From the NCBI GenBank assembly GCA_038117265.1, contig JAYOFO010000007.1, positions 3,985 through 67,984 on the forward strand: a DNA stretch of 64,000 bases. Direction: 5' to 3'. Positions 54,395-64,000 of this stretch are shown here, piece after piece. A model generated the notes under the pieces. The model did not search any database, was not told where the DNA came from, and worked only from the letters and a program-made list of their open reading frames with translations. This stretch comes from Rhodospirillaceae bacterium. GTDB taxonomy: Bacteria > Pseudomonadota > Alphaproteobacteria > UBA6615. The translations under genes were made by a program, and so were the position numbers. Numbering within the stretch: the first letter of the stretch is position 1; every line of letters starts with the position of its first letter.

Positions 54395-54433
54395 AACCGG
54401 GTCAGGACGGGTTTTGGTGGAGGAGGGTGCATC

Positions 54434-54843
<410 letters not shown>

Positions 54844-54847
<4 letters not shown>

Positions 54848-55338
54848 GCGAGACCAAGCGCACCGCGTCCGAGATGGTGATCGATCCGGCAACCCTGCCG
54901 GAGGAATCCGCCAGCCCCTATCCGGCACCCTATGACGAGCTGGTGCGCGGACGCCACCGCCGGCGGCTGTCGCCCGCCCTGGGGCTGCAGGCCTATGGCG
55001 TGAACATCGTGCGGATCGAGCCGGGCCGCCAGTCCTCGGCGCGCCACTGGCATTCGCGGCAGGACGAGTTCGTCTACGTCCTCGAGGGCGATGTGGTGCT
55101 TGTGACGGACGAGGGCGAAACGCCGCTCAGGGCCGGCATGGCGGCCGGGTTCCCGGCGGGCAGTCCCAACGGCCACACGATCGCGAACCGGTCGGACCGC
55201 GATGCGTTCGTCCTCGAAGTGGGCGACCGCCCGCGCGAGGAGGACGTCACCTATCCCGACATCGACATGTCGAACCAGGTGCGCGACCGCAAGCCGAACT
55301 TCCTGCGCAAGGACGGAACGGCCTTCAGCAAGGCCTGA
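54844..55338 (+). CDS. Cupin domain protein
   Basis: SPYPAPY, SSARHWHSRQDEFVYVLEG, FPAG..NGH, YPDID. Confidence 0.85.
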
Positions 55339-55347
55339 GCGCGCGGG

Positions 55348-55536
55348 TCAGGCCAGCGACAGGATCGCGACCAGCAGCACCAGGCAGACGAGCGCGGCGA
55401 CCCAGCGGGTGCGGAACGCCGTTGGCGGCGTGTCCGTGAGATTCCGGCCCGTTATCGGGGCCCAGCCATCCTCGACCGAGAGCGGCCCCGACTGCCGGCG
55501 GGCGTTGGGCGCGCGCGCCTGCCTGCGCAGGGCCAC
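55348..55536 (-). CDS. Possible small membrane protein or gene remnant downstream of gltA
   Basis: GTG-started 62-codon ORF ending in the hydrophobic WVAALVCLVLLVAILSLA; no clear RBS or family. Confidence 0.3.
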   Translation of the reverse strand: MALRRQARAPNARRQSGPLSVEDGWAPITGRNLTDTPPTAFRTRWVAALVCLVLLVAILSLA

Positions 55537-55541
55537 GCCGG

Positions 55542-56843
<1,302 letters not shown>

Positions 56844-56986
56844 GGAAATATACTCCCCCGAGAATACGCGCGGATGCATGCGGCCAACGGCATGCCCGGC
56901 GAGCCAGTGCTTATGTTGCGCTGCACTCTAATCACCGAGCAGACATTCGGCAATCGCATACAGCGGACCCGGAACGGGTCGAAAAA

Positions 56987-58393
56987 TCAGGCGGTCGCGT
57001 GCGCGAGGCGGGCCAGCGTTTCCACCTGCCCGAGCACCGCCATGACCTCGAAAATCCCCGGCGAGACGTTGCTGCCGGTGAGTGCGGCCCGCAGCGGCTG
57101 CGCGACCTGGCCGAGCTTCAGGTCGTGGGTTTCCGCGAATTCGCGCACCAACCGGTCGAGTTCGGCCTCGTCCCATAATTTAAGGTTTTCCAGCGCATCG
57201 GCAAGCGCGGAGAGCCGGGCGCGTGCCTCGGGATCGGCCAGGGCGGCCTGCGCCTTCTCGTTCATCTCCAGCGGCGCATCGTACAGGTATAATGAAGATA
57301 TTTCAGATAGTTCGACCAATGTATTGGCGCGTTGCGCGAGGCCCGGGACGCCGGCCACGAGCCGCGCTTCCGCGTCCGGAGAAAGACTTTTGCCCGTGGC
57401 CCCGCCGGCGCGCGCCATCACGTCGGCCGTCAGCGCGGCAGGGTCGCCGTTCTTCAGGTAGTGCGCATTCAGGTTGAGCAGCCGGTCCATGTCGAACCGG
57501 GCGGGCGAGCGGCCGACGGAATCGAGGTCGAACCATTCGATCGCCTGTTCGGTCGCGATGATCTCGTCGTCGCCGTGCGACCAGCCGAGCCGAAGCAGGT
57601 AGTTGCGCATCGCGGCGGGCAGAATTCCCATCTCCGCATAGGCCTCGACCCCCAGCGCCCCGTGGCGTTTCGACAGTTTCGTCCCATCGGCCCCGTGAAT
57701 CAGCGGGATATGGGCGAATTTCGGGGTTTCCCAGCTGCACGCCGCGAACAAATGGTGCTGCCGGAACGCGTTGTTCAGGTGATCGTCGCCGCGGATCGTA
57801 TGGGTCACGCCCATGTCGTGATCGTCGACGACGACGGCCAGCATGTAGGTCGGCGTGCCGTCCGAGCGCAGGATGATGAAATCGTCGAGCGTGTCGTTGG
57901 TCCGCGTGACCTCGCCCTGGACCATATCGGCGATCGTCGTATCGCCCGTCAGCGGCATCTTGATGCGGATCGCCGGATCGATGCCCGCCGGCGCGTCGGC
58001 CGGGTCACGGTCGCGCCAGCGGCCGTCATAGATTCGCGTCGAACCGCCCGATGTCCGGGCGTTTTCGCGCATCTCGGCCAGTTCTTCGGGCGCGCAATAG
58101 CACCGGTAGGCCTTGCCCTCGGCGAGCAGCTGCTCGGCGACCGCGCGGTGGCGGTCGGCGTTGCGCGACTGGAAGACCGGCTCGCGGTCCCAGTCGAGGC
58201 CGAGCCACTCGAGCCCGTGGAAGATCGCCGCGATCGCCTCGTCGGTCGACCGTTTCAGGTCGGTGTCTTCGATGCGCAGGGTGAATTCGCCGCCATGGTG
58301 GCGCGCGTATAGCCAGTTGAACAGCGCGGTGCGCGCCCCGCCGATGTGCAGGAAACCAGTGGGCGAGGGGGCGAAACGGGTAACGACAGTCAT
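56987..58393 (-). CDS. gltX: Glutamate-tRNA ligase
   Basis: [33 protein letters not shown]. Confidence 0.97.
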   Translation of the reverse strand: MTVVTRFAPSPTGFLHIGGARTALFNWLYARHHGGEFTLRIEDTDLKRSTDEAIAAIFHGLEWLGLDWDREPVFQSRNADRHRAVAEQLLAEGKAYRCYCAPEELAEMRENARTSGGSTRIYDGRWRDRDPADAPAGIDPAIRIKMPLTGDTTIADMVQGEVTRTNDTLDDFIILRSDGTPTYMLAVVVDDHDMGVTHTIRGDDHLNNAFRQHHLFAACSWETPKFAHIPLIHGADGTKLSKRHGALGVEAYAEMGILPAAMRNYLLRLGWSHGDDEIIATEQAIEWFDLDSVGRSPARFDMDRLLNLNAHYLKNGDPAALTADVMARAGGATGKSLSPDAEARLVAGVPGLAQRANTLVELSEISSLYLYDAPLEMNEKAQAALADPEARARLSALADALENLKLWDEAELDRLVREFAETHDLKLGQVAQPLRAALTGSNVSPGIFEVMAVLGQVETLARLAHATA

Positions 58394-58445
58394 CAATACC
58401 TTCTGTGGCTTGCGGGGCTCCGTATGAACGGGCCCGTCTCGGGCG

Positions 58446-58877
58446 TCAAGCCGCGCCGTCGATGCGGGCGCGCAGGCGGGCCAGCGCGTCGCCGTCGCCC
58501 GCCACGCACGGGCCGGCCGCGACGGTGACACGCTCGCGCCGGGCGTCCACCTTCTCGACGCGCAGGCGCAGGACCTGGCTGTCGTCGCGCCAGACCACGC
58601 CGGTCAGCGCGTCGAGCACGGCCTTGGCGACATTGTCGGCATCGATGCGCTTGCGCCGCACCGGGTCGGACCACGGGGCCTCGATCCAGATGACGGCCTC
58701 GAAGGGCGCGAACGAGGCGCCCAGCGCGCGGTATTCCTTGCGGATCAGGGGCCGGATTTCGGCCTTTGTCGGGCCGGTCCGGGTCGCGACACCGTCGATC
58801 TAGAACACCAGCCGGTCGCCGAGCCGCGCGATCCGGGCCTTTCCGCGCCCGATCCAAGAATGATCGCCTGTTGCCAT
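58446..58877 (-). pseudogene. rusA: RusA-family Holliday junction resolvase interrupted by an in-frame TAG (58800-58802)
   Basis: GGGAGGTG RBS and ATG at 58877; MATGDHSW...RLVF*IDGV... continues in frame to [26 protein letters not shown]. Confidence 0.8.
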
Positions 58878-58945
58878 GCCGCACCTCCCCATGACGCTCT
58901 TGCGACGCGACGCCGCTTGACGGGACCGGCCCTGCGGCCGACGCT

Positions 58946-59064
58946 TTGCAACCGAACGCCATAGTTTCGTACACGACAGCATCGCCGGCGGCCAAGCCCG
59001 CCGCCACGCTGGCCGCGCGTCTTGCGGGCCCGTTCGCCGCCGAGCGCACCCCCTGTCGTGCGGC
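58946..59064 (+). pseudogene. Possible comEC deletion scar
   Basis: Occupies the usual comEC position (gltX<- comEC-> <-lexA). Translates as ...[22 protein letters not shown], resembling a ComEC N-terminal segment joined to the end that abuts lexA. Confidence 0.3.
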
Positions 59065-59835
59065 TCAGTACTGGCGGATGAGCCCGACCAGCTCGCCCTG
59101 GACCGTCACCTGGTCGGGCCCGAAGATGCGGGTCTCGTAGGCGGGGTTGGCGGCCTCCAGCGCGACGGAGTTGTTGCGCCGGCGCAGCCGCTTCAGGGTG
59201 ACCTCCTGGCCCTCGACCAGCGCCACCACGATCGCGCCGTTGTCGGCCGTGTCGCCGCGCCGGATGATGACCGTGTCGCCGTCGAGGATGCCGGCATCGA
59301 CCATCGAATCGCCCTCGACCTCGAGGCAGAAATGCTCGCCGCGCCCGATCATGGAGGGCGGCACGCCGACATGGCGGGTCGGGTCGCGCAGCGCCTCGAT
59401 CGGCGTGCCCGCCGCGATCTTGCCCAGCAGCGGCAGCTCGATCTCGCTGCCGGCACCCGCGCCGGACCCGGTGTCGGGGCCGGTGATCTCGGACGGGGCC
59501 TTGATCGGCGGGGCATTCGGATTGCGGCCGCCCTGAATCACCTGCGGTGCGAAACGTTCCGGTGCGGCGACGTTTCCATTGCCGCCGGCCGCTGCGCCGC
59601 CGATTCCCGCGACTCCGGTCTCGTCGGGCAGGCGCAGCACCTCGAGCGCGCGCGCCCGGTGGGCGAGGCGGCGGATGAAGCCGCGTTCTTCCAGCCCGGT
59701 GATCAGGCGGTGGATGCCGGACTTGGATTTCAGGCCCAGCGCGTCCTTCATCTCGTCAAACGAGGGCGAGACGCCCGTCGCGTTCAGGCGCTCGTTGATG
59801 AAGGTGAGAAGCTGGTGCTGCTTACGCGTCAACAT
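59065..59835 (-). CDS. lexA: SOS repressor LexA
   Basis: [35 protein letters not shown] (Ala-Gly cleavage site), GDSM (Ser), TLKR (Lys). Confidence 0.98.
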   Translation of the reverse strand: MLTRKQHQLLTFINERLNATGVSPSFDEMKDALGLKSKSGIHRLITGLEERGFIRRLAHRARALEVLRLPDETGVAGIGGAAAGGNGNVAAPERFAPQVIQGGRNPNAPPIKAPSEITGPDTGSGAGAGSEIELPLLGKIAAGTPIEALRDPTRHVGVPPSMIGRGEHFCLEVEGDSMVDAGILDGDTVIIRRGDTADNGAIVVALVEGQEVTLKRLRRRNNSVALEAANPAYETRIFGPDQVTVQGELVGLIRQY

Positions 59836-59856
59836 GTGTCAGGGCCCCCATAACCC

Positions 59857-59946
59857 GTTCCGCTTCGGTACCGTCCGTTCTACGTGCGGTTGTACAGCTA
59901 CATTTAGAACAAAACGCTAACATCGACACATGTTCTAGGGATGTTC
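59857..59946. promoter_or_regulatory. Alphaproteobacterial LexA boxes upstream of lexA
   Basis: Perfect GTTC-TAGGGAT-GTTC at 59932-59946; variants GAAC-N7-TAAC at 59907-59921 and GTTC-N7-GTAC at 59857-59871. Confidence 0.85.
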
Positions 59947-60002
59947 TTTTGCGTCGTCAAGCGGATGTGCCGTTTCGACACAAGTCGGTGGTCGGCGGCA
60001 CG

Positions 60003-61232
60003 TCAGATTCGCGCCGGACCGCCGCCGAACCGCACGAACGCGACCGTCTCGCCCGCCTTCGCCGCCGGCGCGTGGGGCTCGCGGACGACCAGGCAGTCCG
60101 ACGCCGCCAGCCGCGAGAACATCGAGCTGTCCTGCACGGGGAAGGGGGTGGCGACCAGCCGGCCGCCGCCATCGCGGCTCAGGGTGGCGCGCAGATAATC
60201 CTCGCGCCGGTCGTTTTCCTCGAGGTCGACGCCGAGGATGGCGGTCTCGCGCACCGGCTCGGTCGCGCCGGTGCCCAGCATCCGCGCCAGGGCGGGGGCA
60301 AGGAACAGCACGCCGCAGACCATGGAGGAGACCGGGTTGCCCGGAAATCCCAGCATCGGCGTGGCGCCGAGGCGGCCGAACATCAGCGGCTTTCCGGGGC
60401 GCATGGCGATCTGCCAGAAGTCGAGCGCGAGGCCGATGTCGCCCAGCGCGTCCTGCACCAGGTCATGCTCGCCGACCGATGCGCCGCCGGTCGTCACCAG
60501 CATGTCGGCGCCGCGCGCGTTTTCGGCCAGCGCGCGGATCGAGGCGCGGTCGTCCGCAGCGATGCCCAGCGTCACCGGCTCGCCGCCCGCCGCCCGGATC
60601 AGCCCCTCCAGCGCGAAGGTGTTGGAGCTGACGATGCCCGTCGGCCCCAGTTTCTCGCCCGGCAGGTGGATCTCGTCGCCCGTCGCCAGCAGCGCCACGC
60701 GCGGCCGGCGGCGGACCTGCAGCCAGGGATGGTTCATGGCCGCGGCGAGCCCGATGTCCCGGGCCGACAGGATCGTGCCCGCACGCAGCAGCACGTCGCC
60801 CTCGGCGAAGTCGAGCCCGGCCTCGCGGACATAGTTGCCCGCCTCCGCGCTTTCGCGGACGGTGACCATGTCGCCGTTTCGGTCCGTGTCTTCCTGGATG
60901 ACGATGGCGTCGGCGCCGGCGGGCAGCGCCGCGCCGGTGAAGATGCGCACCGCCTGGCCGGCCGCGACCGTGCCCGCGTGGAAGCCGCCGGCGGGGACCG
61001 CGCCGACGACCGCGAGGTCGACGGGCACACGCTGCACGTCGGCGGCGCGCACGGCGTAGCCGTCCATGGCCGAGACCGCCAGCGGCGGCTGGGTCAGGCG
61101 GGCCGCCACGTCCTCGGCCAGCACCCGGCCGTGGGCCTCGGTCAGGGCGACCTGTTCGGACCCCATCGCCGGCAGGTCGGCGAGGATGCGCTGGCGCGCC
61201 TCGGCGACGGGCATCAGCGCGCGCGGGGCCAT
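60003..61232 (-). CDS. moeA: Molybdopterin molybdenumtransferase
   Basis: SAMDGYAVR, RIFTGA, ATGDE, TGGASVG, MRPGKP, PGNPVS. Confidence 0.96.
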   Translation of the reverse strand: MAPRALMPVAEARQRILADLPAMGSEQVALTEAHGRVLAEDVAARLTQPPLAVSAMDGYAVRAADVQRVPVDLAVVGAVPAGGFHAGTVAAGQAVRIFTGAALPAGADAIVIQEDTDRNGDMVTVRESAEAGNYVREAGLDFAEGDVLLRAGTILSARDIGLAAAMNHPWLQVRRRPRVALLATGDEIHLPGEKLGPTGIVSSNTFALEGLIRAAGGEPVTLGIAADDRASIRALAENARGADMLVTTGGASVGEHDLVQDALGDIGLALDFWQIAMRPGKPLMFGRLGATPMLGFPGNPVSSMVCGVLFLAPALARMLGTGATEPVRETAILGVDLEENDRREDYLRATLSRDGGGRLVATPFPVQDSSMFSRLAASDCLVVREPHAPAAKAGETVAFVRFGGGPARI

Positions 61233-61711
61233 CACTCCGCCTCGTAGGTGCCCGACTTGCCGCCCGCCTTGTGCAGCAGGCGCACGTCGGTGATCCGCGT
61301 GCCGCGGTCGACCGCCTTGACCATGTCGTAGACGGTCAGCGCGGCCACGGTGGCGGCGGTCAGTGCCTCCATCTCGACCCCGGTCTTGCCGTCGACGCGC
61401 ACGGTGGCGGCGATGTCGACGGCGTTGCGGGCCGCATCGATGGACAGTTCCACGTCGGCCTTGTTGATCAGCAGCGGATGGCAGAGCGGGATCAGCTCGG
61501 AGGTCTTCTTCGCGCCCATGATGCCGGCGAGCCGTGCGACCGACAGCACGTCGCCCTTCTTGACCGAGCCGTCGCGGATCAGGGCGATGGTCTCGGCCTG
61601 CATGATGACGCTGCATCCCGCCGTCGCGGTGCGGCGGGTGACCTCCTTGTCGGAGACGTCGACCATGCGGGCGTTGCCGTCGGCATCGATGTGGGTGAGC
61701 TTGTCCGACAT
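61232..61711 (-). CDS. moaC: Cyclic pyranopterin monophosphate synthase
   Basis: LTHID..G.ARMVDV, KKGDVL, LIPLCHPL, TGVEMEAL, YDMVKAVD. Confidence 0.97.
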   Translation of the reverse strand: MSDKLTHIDADGNARMVDVSDKEVTRRTATAGCSVIMQAETIALIRDGSVKKGDVLSVARLAGIMGAKKTSELIPLCHPLLINKADVELSIDAARNAVDIAATVRVDGKTGVEMEALTAATVAALTVYDMVKAVDRGTRITDVRLLHKAGGKSGTYEAE

Positions 61712-61721
61712 GGCGGCGTTC

Positions 61722-62533
61722 CTAGGCGCTCCTGGCCAGAGTCTCGCCGGGCGCCAGCAGGTCGCGGACGGCGCCGGCGATGTCGTCCTGGCGCATCAGG
61801 CTCTCGCCGATCAGGAAGCAGCGCGCGCCCACCTTCGACATGCGGATCAGATCGTCGGGGGTGAACAGCCCGCTCTCGCACACCAGCACCCGGTCTGACG
61901 GGACGCGCGGCGCGAGTTCCTCGGTCGTGGCCAGGTCCACATCGAGCGTCTTGAGGTTGCGGTTGTTGATTCCCACCAGGTCGCCGTCGACGTCGAGCGC
62001 CCGGTCGAGCTCGGCGGCATCGTGCACCTCGACCAGCACGTCCATGCCCCATTCGTGGGCGGCGGCGGCAAGCTCGGCGGCCTGGGCGTCGTCCAGTGCG
62101 GCCATGATCAGCAGGATGCAGTCGGCGCCCAACGCGCGCGCCTCCGTCACCTGGTAGGGATCGATCATGAAGTCCTTGCGGATGACGGGCAGGGACACCG
62201 CGGCGCGGGCGGCGACCAGATCGGCGTCGCAGCCCTGGAAGTAGGGCGCATCGGTCAGCACCGACATGCAGGTGGCGCCGCCTTGCTCGTAGGCGCGCGC
62301 GATCGCCGGCGGGTCGAAGTCGATGCGGATCAGGCCCTTGGACGGGCTCGCCTTCTTGACCTCGGCGATCAGCCCGAAGCGGCCGGCCGCCGCGCGTTCG
62401 GCCAGGCGCGCCGCGAAGCCGCGGGTCGGCCCGGCGTCCTTCGCGCGCGCCTCCAGCGCGGCCAGCGGCGTCGCCGCCTTGCACGCCGCGACATGGTCGC
62501 GCTTGTCGTCGCAGATCTTGCGCAGGACGTCGC

Positions 62534-62537
<4 letters not shown>
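61722..62537 (-). CDS. trpC: Indole-3-glycerol phosphate synthase
   Basis: [32 protein letters not shown]. Confidence 0.97.

Positions 62538-64000
<1,463 letters not shown>

Noticed and set aside
58902-58916. GCGAC-N5-GCCGC, matching a RegA/RegR box upstream of rusA
   Set aside because: A GC-rich motif likely to occur by chance in 64 kb of this composition, with no redox-gene context.

Overview
GC-rich alphaproteobacterial chromosome segment, most like Rhodospirillales (inferred from gene order and the GTTC-N7-GTTC LexA box). Most of it is conserved core: clpX(3' end)-lon-hupB-tRNA-Val; tRNA-Asp-nuoA..N-birA-coaX-rnj-mce-DUF1467; proS-lolC/E-lolD-dnaE; rpsB-tsf-pyrH-frr-uppS-cdsA-dxr-rseP-bamA-skp-lpxD-fabZ-lpxA-lpxI-lpxB-gloA. 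The minus strand carries trpG-trpD-trpC-moaC-moeA, lexA, gltX and gltA. Four small accessory patches interrupt the core. (1) Between the two tRNAs: a broken PAS sensor, a tandem two-domain OsmC-like protein with most catalytic Cys lost, a luciferase-like monooxygenase and an HSL-family esterase. (2) Before proS: chrA, tag, an NCS2 permease, a frameshifted secreted protein and a multiply broken class III nucleotide cyclase. (3) After dnaE: two tandem BauB-like cupins followed by an in-frame HlyD::HepT(DUF86) chimera. (4) Between gltX and lexA: an amber-interrupted RusA resolvase and a probable comEC deletion scar. The accessory genes repeatedly show nonsense codons, frameshifts and internal deletions while core genes look intact, which suggests ongoing genome erosion. 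I saw no integrase, transposase, CRISPR array or rRNA. No complete novel system can be proven from sequence alone. The best candidates are the OsmC-LLM-esterase islet, the cupin/HlyD::HepT locus and a dense GANTC (CcrM/GcrA-type) cluster at the hupB promoter. All family calls come from motif recognition by eye, not database searches.
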